Notes: a model not told the origin generated them from the sequence alone. DNA of 64,000 bases from an uncultured Chloroflexia bacterium (GCA_963751345.1 CAVVUS010000024.1:1-64000), one strand, 5' to 3'. Shown: positions 41,961-53,775, counted from the stretch's first letter. A program made the numbers and translations.

Positions 41961-44106
41961 GTGACCAACACAACGAAACTCTGGGTTTACGAGAATGCAG
42001 CCTCCCCCGGAATGGCGAAGATCATCGTCGACGCCGGTACACGTGCCACCTACCGGGTAAATCCGCAGCTCCTCGGCAAGTTCTGCGAACATCTGGGCGC
42101 CAACATCTACCACGGTATGGAGGCTCAGATTCTCTTCAACCCCACCTTCGGCAAATGGCGCTTCAGCGCGGGTGATAACCACGTGGACGGCGGCGTCCGC
42201 GAGGAGACGGACCGCGAAAGAGTTACGAGGCGTATTGAGATGTATGCCGAAAGGGCCGAATGGCCGGACGTCACGCGCGTGGTCGAGACATACTACCGCG
42301 GCGGCGCCTACGGTTGGTTCGCGACAGATGGCGATGGCGCCGAGGAAGAGGTGCGCCTCAGCCCCGACGTCAGCCCATACGGCGGGCGAGCGCAGCGCAT
42401 CGAGGTCCTGAAGGCTTCGGCGGACGCGCCGGGCGGCATCGGGCAGTGGACCTACTTGCCACTGCACCGCATCCGCACCTTCCGATTTCGCATCGTGGCG
42501 CGAGCTATGGAGCCGTGCACGCTGGATCTTGCGCTTGCGCCCGCAGATACCGGCAACCCGACGTCGGAAGCGAAGATCGACCTGGGCACCGGGTGGCAGA
42601 CATTCACCGGCACACTCGTCGTACCCGCCGAGGCCCCGGCAGAGGCGCTCTACCGGTCTTCTCGCTCACGTCGCCCAACCCCGACTCACTTCGTCCTCGA
42701 CCGCGTGCTGCTCTACCCCGACGACAGCGTGGACGGCGCGGATCCGGACGTCATCCGCATGCTAAAGGAAGCCCAATTGCCCCTGCTCCGTTGGCCGGGC
42801 GGAAACTTCGTGTCGGGGTACCATTGGCGCGACGGCGTCGGCCCCGTCGACGCGCGTCCGACGCTGCCCAACCCGGCGTGGGAAGGGCTGGAGTTCAACC
42901 TCTTCGGCACCGACGAATTCGTCGCCTTCTGCCGCGCCGTGGGATGCGAGCCGATGATTTGCGTGAACGCCGGCAACGGCACAGCGGAAGAGGCCGCCGC
43001 CTGGGTCGAATACTGCAATGGCGCTGTCGACACGCCAATGGGGCATCTCCGGGCCGAGAATGGCCACCCGGACCCCTACAATATCCGCCTCTGGGAGATC
43101 GGAAACGAGATCTACGGGCACTGGCAGGTCGGTTGGACCACGCCCGGCGGCAACGTCGATCGGTACCAAAGGTTCCGGGCGGCAATCCTCGCGGTCGACC
43201 CGACCGTCCACATCCTCGGGTGCGGCTATGGCAACGAGCCCGACTCGGAGTGGAACCACCGCCTGATCGACGAGGCTGCAGAGACGCTTCAGACGATCAC
43301 CGACCACATCCTTACCGGGGGCAGCGTGAACTCCGACACCGACCCGGTTGAGCTGTACCAGGCGTTTATGGGATATCCCTCCGTCCTGGAGCAACGCTAC
43401 CGCGACCTCGAAGCACGCATGCGCCACGCCGGCATCACGGAGCCCCACCTTGCGATCACGGAACTGCAGCTCTTCGCTCACTTCCAGGGGGAGGCCACGC
43501 CCGAGGGCAAGCTCACCCCTGCGATGATGCCCAGGCCCGACACCGTCGCCGAAGCGCTCTCGTTGACCGAGATCGTGAACACCTGCATCCGGCTGGGCGA
43601 TTTCGTCGAGCTGATCACGCACTCGGCGACCGTCAACCACGGCGGCGGACTGCGAAAGCAGCGCGAGCGCGTCTACGCCACCCCGTCCATTACGCCCACG
43701 CGCTGGGCCACGCCCTTGCTGGGGCCACGCCCGTCGCCGTGCACGTGGCCTGCGAGACCTTCTCCACCGAACACACCTTCGTCCACATCCCACCGATGAG
43801 CAAGTGCCGGTCATCGACGCTATGGCCGTGGTCTCGGATGCCGGCGACCTTATCCTGACCCTCGTCCATCGCGGCGGCGAATGCGGGCCCCTCGACCTTT
43901 CGATCGACCTGGAGGGCTTCCGCGCGCAAGCGCAGGCCGAGGTGATCACGCTCGCCGGCGAGACCTGGTACGACAAGAACACGCTGGAGACCCCCAAGAA
44001 GGTTGTTCCGCACCACTCGGAGGTCAGTCTGACGGGCGAGAAGGCGCTGACCATCGTCCTTCCTCCCTACTCCGTCACCCGGATCACGCTCAAGGAGGCA
44101 GAATGA
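41961..44106 (+). CDS. GH51 alpha-L-arabinofuranosidase-like hydrolase, 3' frameshifts
   Basis: GKFCEHLG, LRWPGGNF, FGTDEF, WEIGNE, AITE; C-terminal LPPYSVT. Confidence 0.88.
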
Positions 44107-44918
44107 GCCCATCTTCACCATCGACCGTTCGCTTGGGGCTTCAAACCATCACCTGGGGCGACGGTCAGTTCGAGACCTTCCCTCACGTCTTTGACGTCGC
44201 CGCGCGCGGCGGCTACGGCGGCGTGGAGATCGGCTATCGTCGCATCCAGTCGACGCCTCCGGACATCCTCCAGAGCCTGCTGGACGCGCAGGGCCTTAGC
44301 TTTGTGGCGACCCACGCCGGGGGCAACCTTGAGGACCCCGCGCAAGCCGGGGAGGAGCGCCGGCTCATCGACGATCTCCTGGCCTATGTAAAGGCGATGG
44401 GATCCGACCTCTTGATGTTCTCCGGCTTGCGCTACGAGAACGACACCCAGATCGCGGCGGACATCGCGCAACTGAACCGCATGGCCGAGCTCTGCGCACG
44501 CCAGGGCGTCCACCTGCTCTACCACAACCACAACTGGGAGTTCACCGGCGGCGGGAAGACCATGCGGGCGATCCTGGACCAGGCCGACGAGGCGGTCGGC
44601 TTCTGCCCGGACATGGGGTGGCTCTACAAGGCGCAGGTAGAGATCGTACCTTTCCTCGAATCTATACGGCCTCGCATCGGGGCGATCCACTTCAAGGACT
44701 TCGCCTCGCTTGGCCCCGGTGTGGATACCGTCGTCCTTGGCAAGGGCGTAGTTCCGCTCGAACAAGTGGCCGCGTGGATCAACCAAGCGGGGTTCGAGGA
44801 TCTCTGGGTCATCGCAGAACAGGACAACGCGGTAGGCGGCGTGGACGAGGACGTGCTGGGCAATGGCGCATTCCTTCAGAGAGCCTTCGCCGGTCACGTC
44901 GGGGAAGGCATGCGATGA
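44103..44918 (+). CDS. Sugar phosphate isomerase/epimerase (IolE-like TIM barrel)
   Basis: QTITWG, GYGGVE, YHNH, PDMGW, IHFKD, IAEQD. Confidence 0.85.
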   Translation: MSPSSPSTVRLGLQTITWGDGQFETFPHVFDVAARGGYGGVEIGYRRIQSTPPDILQSLLDAQGLSFVATHAGGNLEDPAQAGEERRLIDDLLAYVKAMGSDLLMFSGLRYENDTQIAADIAQLNRMAELCARQGVHLLYHNHNWEFTGGGKTMRAILDQADEAVGFCPDMGWLYKAQVEIVPFLESIRPRIGAIHFKDFASLGPGVDTVVLGKGVVPLEQVAAWINQAGFEDLWVIAEQDNAVGGVDEDVLGNGAFLQRAFAGHVGEGMR

Positions 44919-45907
44919 CGCTCGGCATCGCCGTGATCGGCTGTGGCATGATGGGAGGGCTCCACGGGCAGACCTGGGCCGCAAGGGACGACGCCCGCGT
45001 GGTGGCTGTCTCCGACCCGATCGAGGATCGCGCCCATGCGCTTGCTGAGGCCACGGGCGCAATCGTGGCAAGCTCTAACACTGGTGCGATCGGCCGCGAC
45101 GAGGTCGACGCGGTCAGCATCTGCACGCCGGTCTGCTTCCACTCCGAGATCGCGTGCTTGGCCGCCGAGCACGGCAAACACGTGCTGACGGAGAAGCCAA
45201 TGGCCCTGACGCTGCCCCAGGCGGACGCTATGATCGCCGCCGCGCGCGACAACGGCGTGCTTCTCGGCGTGTCGCTGCAATATCGCGCGATTCCCAAGTA
45301 CCGGCGCTACCACGATCTGATCCTGGAGGGTGCATTCGGTGGCCCGGTCTTCGCCCGGTTCGAGGACGTCCGTGAGGTGCGGCCGAAACTGGCGATGCAT
45401 CGCCGCTCGATGAACGGCGGCCCTGTGATCGACATGGCAGGACACTACTTTGACCTGATGCGCTTCTGCACCGGAGACGAACCCGCCTCGGTCTTTGCCC
45501 GCGGCCACGTTTTTGGCGAGGGGAAAGCCCGCCTGGCGGGCATCGACGACCTGGCGGTCGACGCTGCCGAGATCACCGTGACGATGCAGTCCGGCCACGT
45601 GCTCTCGGTCTTCGTCAACTGGGGTATGCCCGAGGAGTTCCCCAACCTCGGGCGTGAGCAGCTCATCGGGCCCGAAGTGGCCGTCTGGCCCGAAGAGGGC
45701 GTGGTCGTCGCACAGTACCGCGACCGCCAGGTGCGATATCGCCTTCCCTCGCATCCCTTTGGCCCCGCCGCCCGGATCGACGATCTGGCGCGAGCGATCA
45801 AGGGCGAGGAACCGCTGGAGGTCACCGGTGAGGAGGGGCGCATCGCGCTGCAGGTGAGCCTAGCCGCGCTGACGTCGATCGAGACCGGCGACGTCGTCAC
45901 GCTCTAG
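44915..45907 (+). CDS. Gfo/Idh/MocA oxidoreductase
   Basis: IGCGMMG, HVLTEKP, GGPVIDMAGHYFDL. Confidence 0.9.
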   Translation: MTLGIAVIGCGMMGGLHGQTWAARDDARVVAVSDPIEDRAHALAEATGAIVASSNTGAIGRDEVDAVSICTPVCFHSEIACLAAEHGKHVLTEKPMALTLPQADAMIAAARDNGVLLGVSLQYRAIPKYRRYHDLILEGAFGGPVFARFEDVREVRPKLAMHRRSMNGGPVIDMAGHYFDLMRFCTGDEPASVFARGHVFGEGKARLAGIDDLAVDAAEITVTMQSGHVLSVFVNWGMPEEFPNLGREQLIGPEVAVWPEEGVVVAQYRDRQVRYRLPSHPFGPAARIDDLARAIKGEEPLEVTGEEGRIALQVSLAALTSIETGDVVTL

Positions 45908-45913
45908 CCAGGG

Positions 45914-46258
45914 ATGGATCACCCGACCGAAGATCGAAGGCTGGCGAGGGAGGCCAGGACCCTGACGGCGATGGTCAGGATCGCCTGCCACGCCCATCAC
46001 GGGACATCCGGCGAGGAGCTCTGCCCCGAATGTGGCGAGCTGCTCGCCTACGCACATCTACGCCTCAGCAAATGCCCATTCAAGGGAGCAAAGCCCACAT
46101 GCGCCAAGTGCACCGTCCACTGCTACACACCCACTCGGCGCAAGCAGGTCAGGGAGGTCATGCGATACGCGGGCCCGCGGATGCTGCTGCATCATCCGCT
46201 CCTTGCCCTGATGCACCTCGCTGACGGGCTCAGGCGCCCTGCCTACAGGAGATCCTGA
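45914..46258 (+). CDS. YgbA / nitrous-oxide-stimulated promoter family protein
   Basis: LCPEC..LLAYA..RL.KCP...KPTCAKC.VHCY...VMRYAGPRML. Confidence 0.85.
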   Translation: MDHPTEDRRLAREARTLTAMVRIACHAHHGTSGEELCPECGELLAYAHLRLSKCPFKGAKPTCAKCTVHCYTPTRRKQVREVMRYAGPRMLLHHPLLALMHLADGLRRPAYRRS

Positions 46259-47233
46259 ATGACGCTGACGATCGTTCCTATGAAACCTGACCATCTGGAG
46301 GATGCCGCGGCACTGGCTGCCGCTCGATACAGGGCGCTCTGCGCACAGGTCCTGAACCTGCCGGCCCGCTACGGCGAGCGTGACACGCTGCTGCCGATGT
46401 TGCAGAACGTCCTCGACGCGGGCCCGGCGGTGGTGGCCCTCGACGGACCCCATCTCGTCGGCTTCATGACGGGCTTTCCCATCCCATCATTCCGGGAACG
46501 CCCTGCCGTGATCAGCCCGGAATGGGGCAACGGCGCCGAACCGGACAACAGCGCGCGGATCTACGAGGCGATGTACAGTCGCCTTTCAACGGAATGGGTG
46601 GCCGACGGGCGTATCGTGCACCTCGTCGTGGCACTGGCGCACGACCGTGACGCGATTGGCGAACTGCACTGGATGGGCTTTGGCCTGGTCGTCGGGGACG
46701 CCGTCCGGGATCTGACGCCGGTGCCCCTAGTGGGCTGACATCCCGGAGATCCGGCGCGCTGGACCCGGCGACCTGGAGAGCGTTATGCGCCTGGAGCGTG
46801 CGCTGACCGATCACTTGCCGCGCCGCCGGTCTTCAGGATGGGGTTTGCGCCGTGGACGCAGGAGGAAGCCCTGGCGTGTCTGGAGGATCCCAGCTACGCC
46901 CTCTGGCTGGCGACCCGTGAGGGCGACGCCATCGCCTACCTGCTCATCGGCCCCGCCTGCGACGATGCCGCCACGATCATCTACGACGAGGGGACGGCTA
47001 GCATCACGGGCGCGTTCACAGAGCCCTCGGCGCGCGGTGCGGGCGTTGCGACGGCTCTGCTGAACCGCGGGCTGGCGTGGGCGCGGGAACAAGGCTACGC
47101 GCGCTGCGCCGTGGACTTCGAGACGATGAACCCCGAGGCGCGGCGGTTCTGGCTGCGACACTTCTCGCCGGTCAGCCTCGGGCTCGAACGTCACGTCGAC
47201 GCACGTGCCGTGCAGAGTCTACAAGCCTCCTAG
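46259..47233 (+). CDS. Two-domain GNAT acetyltransferase, frameshifted
   Basis: C-terminal GAFTEPSARGAGVATALL, VDFETMNPEARRFW. Confidence 0.78.
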
Positions 47234-47319
47234 CGGAGAGCACACTTGAACGCGGGGGACCCCGCGCCCCAGACGGCGATCGCGTTCTCCGGCAACGCCG
47301 GGCCTGCGGCCGCGCAATC

Positions 47320-47440
47320 GGTGCCGGGGATCCTTCCGCGCCGTCTGCGGTGCGGGGTCCCCGGCACCTGAAACTGAACTGCCCACGGTCGCGGTAGACT
47401 TGTCGTTAAGTGCCGGGGACTGCGGAAGGTCCCCGGCACT
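47320..47440. repeat. Two REP-like GTGCCGGGGA...TCCCCGGCAC palindromes
   Basis: 47320..47368 and 47409..47440; same arms as 5380..5411. Confidence 0.8.
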
Positions 47441-47483
47441 GACTTGACGATCGATGCTAAGGACGTTTCCTGCTAGAAGGCGC

Positions 47484-48101
47484 TCATGGCGGTGGCCGTT
47501 GGTGAGGTGATGCGCGTCGTTCCAGCGCACCACGACCGGCCCCAGCGACCGCCACTCGATCTCGGCTATTGCGGTGTTGTCGACCTCGAATTGCCAGTAG
47601 GACGCCAGCGGATGCCCCAACAGCAGGCACAGGACCACACGGATCGTGCCGCCGTGGGAGACCCAGGCGACCGTGCCGTCCGCGTACGCGCCCAGGATCT
47701 CGTCGAGCAGATCTGCACCCGCGCGGCCATCGTCCCCAGGCTTTCGCCGTCCGGCGGCGTGCGGTTGACCCGGTCATGGTTCCACCAACCAGCTTTTCGT
47801 GATCCTGCTCGTCGATCTGCCGGTAGGTCAGCCCCTGCCACGCCCCAAAGTTAAGCTCGCGCAGCCGAGGCTCCGCCCTGACGTCCAGTTCTTGGCGCTG
47901 CGCGATGGCCTCGGCGGTCTCCAGGGCACGTGCCAGATCGCTGGTGTAGAGCGCCGAGATTGGGCGATTGCTCAGCCGCTCGGCCAACGCATCGCCTGCT
48001 CGTGCCCTGACGGCGTTGAGCGGAATGTCCAGTTGACCCTGATACCGCCCGGAGGCGTTCCAATCGGTCTCCCCGTGGCGAATCAGGAGCAATCGCAGCA
48101 T
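47484..48101 (-). CDS. Histidine phosphatase family protein (CobC/PhoE-like), frameshifted
   Basis: LIRHGETDWN, TSDLARALETA, LRELNFGAWQG, VSHGG, WNDAHHL. Confidence 0.85.
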   Translation of the reverse strand: MLRLLLIRHGETDWNASGRYQGQLDIPLNAVRARAGDALAERLSNRPISALYTSDLARALETAEAIAQRQELDVRAEPRLRELNFGAWQGLTYRQIDEQDHEKLVGGTMTGSTARRRTAKAWGRWPRGCRSARRDPGRVRGRHGRLGLPRRHDPCGPVPAVGASAGVLLAIRGRQHRNSRDRVAVAGAGRGALERRASPHQRPPP

Positions 48102-48111
48102 CTCCGGCCGG

Positions 48112-50491
48112 TCAGTCCGACAGCAAGCCGAGATCGGCGTCGAAGCGATACGGCTGTCCCCCGGCGGCGTCCAACTCGACGACGTGATCGCCGACCTGCA
48201 CCAGACAATGGCCGTCGCGATCGGCCACGATGGTGGCACCATGGAACGCGCCATCCTTCCACGTCACGGGAGACCTCGAAGCCTCCACGCGCCCGCAATC
48301 CGCTGAACCTCGCCATCGGGCCAGGCTGAAGGCAGCGCCGGCAGCAGATGCAGGACGCGGAGTGCCGTCGCCGGAAGTGCGGTGGCTCTGAAGCAGCATC
48401 TCGGCAATGCCCGCCGTCGCCCCGAAGTTGCCGTCGATCTGGAACGGCGGGATGCGCATCGAATAGGTTGGGATACGTTCCGCCCCGCAGGTAGTTCGTC
48501 TGACTGCCACTCACAAACTGCAGCATGTTGCGCAGCATCCTGTAGGCGTGATCGCCATCGCGGAAACGCGCCCACATGTTGATCTTCCATCCCATCGACC
48601 ACCCCGTGCCGCCATCACCCCGCAGCTCGATCGAGCGCTGCGCCGCACGCACCAGCTCCGGCGTCTCCTCGGGCGTCAGTTGATGTCCGGGGTGGACGCC
48701 AAAGAGGTGCGACATGTGCCGGTGATGATCCTCGGGATCGTCCCAGTCGCGGGACCACTCCTGGAGCTGTCCGTGCCGGCCAACCTGATAGGGCAGCAGC
48801 CGCGCCCGTGCAACCTCCAGTTCCTCGCGGAAATCCTCGTCTACGGAGAGCACCCGCGCGGCCTCGATGCAGTGGGTGAAGAGATCCCACAGGATCGCCA
48901 GGTCCATCGTCGAGGCGACGCTTACCGCCAACTGCTCGCCTGTGGGCAGATGATACTTGTTCTCGGGTGAGGTCGCCGGCGCCGTCACCAGGTGACCCTT
49001 CCCATCCTCGACGAGCCAATCCAGGCAGAAACGCGCGGCGCCCTTCATCAGCGGGTATGCCTCGTCCCGCAGGTACGCCTCGTCGCCGGTGAAGAGATAG
49101 TGCTCCCAGAGGTGCTGGCTCAGCCATCCGCCGCCCATCGCCCACATCGCCCAGACGGGATCGCCCGCGCCGTAGGCGCCCACAGGCGCTGATTGGCGCC
49201 AGAGGTCGCTGTTGTGGTGCGCGACCCAGCCCTGGCAGCCGTAGTTGACCTGCGCCGTCACGGCGCCGTTGACCGCGAGTTCGCCAATCATCCGGAGCAA
49301 AGGCTCGTGGCACTCGCTCAAGTTGCAGACCTCGGCGGGCCAGTAGTTCATCTCCGCGTTGATGTTGAGCGTGTAGTTGCTGTTCCACGGTGGCTTCACC
49401 ATATCGTTCCAGATGCCCTGGAGGTTCGCAGGTTGGGTGCCGGGACGCGAGCTCGATATGAGCAGATAGCGGCCGTACTGGAAGAAGAGCGCGGCCAATT
49501 GGGGATCGTGCCCGTCGACGAAGTGCGCCAATCGGTGATCGGTCGGCGCCCCGGCGGCGTCCGTCACCCCCACATCGAGCGTCATGCGGTTGAAGAGCGC
49601 CTGGTAATCCGCTATATGTGCCCGAAGCAGAGCGTCATATCCCTTCCCGATTGCCGCCGCGACCTCGGCGACCGTGATCGCTGTCGGATCCCTACCTTCC
49701 AAGCCCGGCGAACACTGAAAGCCGTTGAAGCTGGTCGCCGCGCTGAGCAGCAGGAGCGCTTCATCCGCACCCTCGACCACGAGCGCGTCATCGCGTCCCG
49801 AGACAGACCCGCCCCGGACAACAATGTGGAGACGAGCCTCGAAGTTCATCCCCTCGCCCTCGGGCGGATCGTAACGAAGAGGATCCGCGCCCTCGTGTCC
49901 AGCCGGATCGACGTGTTTCGGCGCCTTTGCCCCTGAGCACCAGTGCTGGCGTCTGCTTCCAGGACTGGACTGCTCGAGCGCAGGGGGCTCGACAGCCGGG
50001 CCGTGAACGTCAATGCGCCGGGCCGGTCGCAGGCCAGCCGCATCACCAGCACTCGATCCGGATAGCTGCAGAAGGCCTCTCGCTCGAAGTTCACGTCGCC
50101 CGCGCGGTATCGTACTGACGCGATGGCGCGTTCGAGATCAAGGTCGCGCTCGTACTCACGGACTTCTCCCTGTGGGCCAAAGTCGACGATGAGATCCCCC
50201 AGCGTGAGATAGGGCTGGGTGAAGGGCCCCTGCATCTCTTTGCAGAGCTCGTTGGCACTGCGCAAAGTCGTCGGTGAAGAGTGCCTCCCGCACCCTCAGC
50301 AGCGCGGCCCTGGCCTTGGGGTTGTTCCAATCGCGTGGCGCCCCCGCCCACAACGTATCCTCGTTGAGTTGCAGGTGCTCCTGTTCCACCCCACCGAAAA
50401 TCATCCCACCAAGCCGCCCATTCCCCAGCGGCAACGCCTCGACCCACTGCTCGGCGGGCTGCTCATACCACAGTCGCCACAAGTTTGACAC
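48112..50491 (-). CDS. GH95 alpha-L-fucosidase-like hydrolase, frameshifted
   Basis: EALPLGNGRLG, FQYGRYLLISSSR, NINAEMNYW, HRHMSHL, GTGWS, PPFQIDGNFG. Confidence 0.92.
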
Positions 50492-50507
50492 GGTGACCCT
50501 CCTCAGC

Positions 50508-51449
50508 TTAACGGCTGCGTACAGTGATGCCCATCGCTTGGGCGGCCTCGGCCAGCCCAGCCATCTTCTCCTTGGTCGGCGGCGTCAGATCGCGCGCCTC
50601 GTAAGTCAGGCCCAGGCCGTTGTACTTATCGCCTGCCATACGGTGGAAGGGGAGGAGCTCCAGAGAGATAGGCTCGGGTGCGCAGCCGTCGCCGGCGGCG
50701 GCACGTAGATCCTGCATCTCGCGAACGAACGCCGCGATGGCGGCGATGTCCTCCGGCGTGTCGTTGACCGTGGGCACCACGGGGGTACGGAAGATGATGG
50801 GTTTGCCGGTCTCCACAAGCCGCCTCGCGTTGGCCAGCAGCAGCCGGTTGGATGTCCCCACCGCCCACTTATGCTTGTCGGGATCCATAAGCTTGAGATC
50901 CATCATCAGCAGATCCGTCACCGGCATCAGTTCGGCAAGTTTCTCCCATGGGACGTTCGCTGCGGTCTCAATGGCCGTCCGCACCCCTTCGTCACGACAG
51001 CGAGAGAGGATCTCGTAGGAAAACTCAGGCTGGTAGGCGGGCTCTCCTCCCGAGAGTGTGACGCCCCCATCCGAGTTCTCGTAGAAGGGGCGGTCCTGGA
51101 GCACCTCGGTCACGACCGCATCCGCCGTCATCTCGCGCCCGCTCAACTCACGGGCACCGGCATAGCAGACCTCAACACAGGCGCCGCAGGCGATGCAAAG
51201 CTCCCGGTGGAAGACGAGCTCTCCCTCTTCGCCCACCGTCTGGGCACCCTCAGGACAGGCATTGACGCACTCGCTACAGCCGATACACCTGTCCTCGTGA
51301 AGCTGCAGCTCCAGCGTGGGCTGAATGCTCTCGGGGTTGTGACACCAAAAACAGTGTAACGTACATCCCTTGAGGAACACCGTCGTCCGAATCCCAGGCC
51401 CGTCATGGACCGAAAACCTTTGAATGTTACAGACCAAACCGCTTGTCAT
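50508..51449 (-). CDS. Glycyl-radical enzyme activating protein (radical SAM with ferredoxin insert)
   Basis: HDGPGIRTTVFLKGCTLHCFWCHNPE, two CxxCxxCxxxC motifs, GGVTLSGGEP, LLPFH. Confidence 0.92.
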   Translation of the reverse strand: MTSGLVCNIQRFSVHDGPGIRTTVFLKGCTLHCFWCHNPESIQPTLELQLHEDRCIGCSECVNACPEGAQTVGEEGELVFHRELCIACGACVEVCYAGARELSGREMTADAVVTEVLQDRPFYENSDGGVTLSGGEPAYQPEFSYEILSRCRDEGVRTAIETAANVPWEKLAELMPVTDLLMMDLKLMDPDKHKWAVGTSNRLLLANARRLVETGKPIIFRTPVVPTVNDTPEDIAAIAAFVREMQDLRAAAGDGCAPEPISLELLPFHRMAGDKYNGLGLTYEARDLTPPTKEKMAGLAEAAQAMGITVRSR

Positions 51450-51472
51450 ACCAGCCAGTCCACCCCACTCTC

Positions 51473-52447
51473 TCAGCTATAGGCCGTCCGGTACGTCTCC
51501 AACGCGTCGAAGATCGCCGCGATGTTTTCGAGCGGCACGTCCTCACCAATCTCGGCCTTGAGCCACAAGCCGCCCTCCGGAGCGCCCAGCACCTCGACCG
51601 CTTCCCGCACGTGATCGTCGATCTGCTTGGGCGTGGCGAAGGGGAAGAGCTGGCGGTCGAGGTCAAGGTCCACACAGACCTTGCCTTTGCACGTCCGCGC
51701 CAGGCCATCGAGGCCGTTCGCCCCTACCTGGGGGTTGACCACGTTGACGCCGCAGTCCACCAGGTCAGGGATGATCTCGATGATATGGCCGTCGGTGTGC
51801 ATATAGACGTAGTACCCGGCGTCCCTGAACGGCCGGTAGATGGCCTCATAGCAGGGCTTGAGATACTTCCGCCACTTCTTGGGGCTGATGGGTAGGCTCT
51901 GCTGCATCCCCAGATCGTCGCCAAAGGTAACAATGGTGCCCGTCTCGCCGCGAGTTGCCAACGACTGGAGCAACAGCTTGGCCTGACGTAGGTTGTAGGA
52001 AAGCACCTTGTCAATCAGCATCTGCAACTCGGGCGGTTCCTGCGCGAAGTCGATCATCAGCTCCTCAAATCCTCGCAGGTCCTGCAGCCGCAGATACATA
52101 AAGCCGTGGGGAAAGCCGGCGTCCTTCTTGGGCACTTCCAGTTTGCGGACGTCCTCGCGGGTCGGCACGGGGTGTCCCGTGACAATGGCTTCCATGCCGG
52201 TCTTCAGATTGCTCCACACACAGCCCCAGACATCGACATGCTCGCCCTGGATGTAGGTCTCTGTGTAGATGGCGTCGTAGTCGCGATCTCCTTGCTGTCC
52301 ACCAAAAAGAACAGGATGCTGCGCGACCAGATCGTCCAGCGCCTCGCGATATTTCATCCACGCCGCGGGCAGAATGCCAACCGAGACGGGGATCATCTCG
52401 GGGGTATCGAAGTTGAGGGATTTGATGCGGTCATCGGCCGTCGTCAC
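51473..52447 (-). CDS. Uroporphyrinogen decarboxylase/MtaA-CmuA superfamily protein
   Basis: LRGFEELMID, GDDLGMQ, MHTDG, DLDRQ, DVPLENI. Confidence 0.85.
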   Translation of the reverse strand: MTTADDRIKSLNFDTPEMIPVSVGILPAAWMKYREALDDLVAQHPVLFGGQQGDRDYDAIYTETYIQGEHVDVWGCVWSNLKTGMEAIVTGHPVPTREDVRKLEVPKKDAGFPHGFMYLRLQDLRGFEELMIDFAQEPPELQMLIDKVLSYNLRQAKLLLQSLATRGETGTIVTFGDDLGMQQSLPISPKKWRKYLKPCYEAIYRPFRDAGYYVYMHTDGHIIEIIPDLVDCGVNVVNPQVGANGLDGLARTCKGKVCVDLDLDRQLFPFATPKQIDDHVREAVEVLGAPEGGLWLKAEIGEDVPLENIAAIFDALETYRTAYS

Positions 52448-52450
52448 AAC

Positions 52451-53218
52451 CTAACTCTCCTTGAGAATGTCGTCACTCGTGATTGTTGGGCACCAGAAAC
52501 GCTCAATATACCCGATAACAAGCGCTGTGCCTTGATGATGGCTCACATAGGGCGAACGTGCCGGATTGTACATCGTGTCGGTGAGATCCCGGACCAGGGC
52601 GACGGGAACGCCCCAGCGCACCATCTGCTTGATGGCGAACGATCGGTTGAGCACGCACATGTTGGTATGCACGCCCATGATCAGCATTCGACGAATGCCC
52701 CACATTTGCAGCAGATTGTAGACCTCGTGGCCATCGTCGGTGAGGGCATCACGCTCCGGATCGATCTCGATGGCCGCATGCTGCCGCGTCCACACGCGGC
52801 GCGCAGTCTCCTCACCCGTGTCCGAACCCTCATCCGAATCGTCGATCGGCAGAGGAGGCACCACGCGGTCGACCGGATCGGGCGGCTCCGCTGCCGGGGC
52901 GCTTTGTGCTCGCCTGCGAGCCGGCGTGCCGATATAGAAATCCAAGGTGTCCGAGGGGGCATGAATGATGTGAACCCCCTTTGCGCGCGCCGCGTTGAGG
53001 ACATCGTTCATGCGCGGCGCCATCGCATTCACACGTTCGGTGGCGCCCCGACTCCAGTGGGCATCCCACATGTCGCAGATGATGATCGCCACTTGTGAGG
53101 CCGGCACCTCCTGTTGAGTCATTCGCTCCTGCCAAACGGCGTGACCGCCCTCGTCCTGCCCCAGCACGAAATTACGCATATTCAACGTCAGATCCGATGC
53201 AACCGTTTGATTTTCCAT
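52451..53218 (-). CDS. Isochorismatase/nicotinamidase-family cysteine hydrolase
   Basis: IIICDMWD, IIHAPS, GVHTNMCV, RDLTD. Confidence 0.85.
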   Translation of the reverse strand: MENQTVASDLTLNMRNFVLGQDEGGHAVWQERMTQQEVPASQVAIIICDMWDAHWSRGATERVNAMAPRMNDVLNAARAKGVHIIHAPSDTLDFYIGTPARRRAQSAPAAEPPDPVDRVVPPLPIDDSDEGSDTGEETARRVWTRQHAAIEIDPERDALTDDGHEVYNLLQMWGIRRMLIMGVHTNMCVLNRSFAIKQMVRWGVPVALVRDLTDTMYNPARSPYVSHHQGTALVIGYIERFWCPTITSDDILKES

Positions 53219-53337
53219 AGTGAGTTTCTATTCTAGTGCGTCTCAAACACCGGTCAATCACCTTGAAGAACGGCCCCCACCCGCTAGAATGCACCTGAGT
53301 GATTGGCGGCGGTTGTTCAAGCGAAAGGAGATCAAGA

Positions 53338-53655
53338 ATGAGCATCAAGAAGCAGTTTCTCAAGAGCAGATCCGACTGTAAAGTCACGTTCCGAGTACCT
53401 CGTGAGCAGGTGGAAGGTGCAGAGTCCGTCCAACTGGTCGGGGATTTCAACGACTGGGATGCCACAGCCACGCCGATGGACCGCCTTAAGAGCGGGGAGT
53501 TCACAGCCACGCTCTATTTGGACCTCGGGAAGGAAGTGGAGTTCCGCTATCTGGTCGATGGAACAACCTGGCTCAACGATGACATGGCGGATAGACAGGC
53601 ACCAACGCCCTACCCGAATGTGACAAACTCTGTGATCGACACCCACTCGAGCTGA
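53338..53655 (+). CDS. Isoamylase early-set / CBM48-like glycogen-binding protein
   Basis: RBS AAGGAG; CKVTF, LVGDFNDW, FRYLVDG..WLND..AD. Confidence 0.88.
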   Translation: MSIKKQFLKSRSDCKVTFRVPREQVEGAESVQLVGDFNDWDATATPMDRLKSGEFTATLYLDLGKEVEFRYLVDGTTWLNDDMADRQAPTPYPNVTNSVIDTHSS

Positions 53656-53665
53656 AACCTCACCC

Positions 53666-53718
53666 GTGAAGGATCTCCTGCCCAAGAGCGTGTCTCGACG
53701 TGGCCCGAGATCCTTCAC
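53666..53718. repeat. Inverted repeat GTGAAGGATCTC...GAGATCCTTCAC
   Basis: 12-bp inverted repeat resembling the inner arm of the 22613 element. Confidence 0.65.
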
Positions 53719-53775
53719 CGCACAGGCCCCCAGACATCACGGCATGGCGGCACCTCTCCGCACCGCGACGTTGAA

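Noticed and set aside
52451-53218. Nicotinamidase as part of the NAD operon
   Set aside because: It is 21 kb away in a different operon, and family membership alone does not establish PncA activity.
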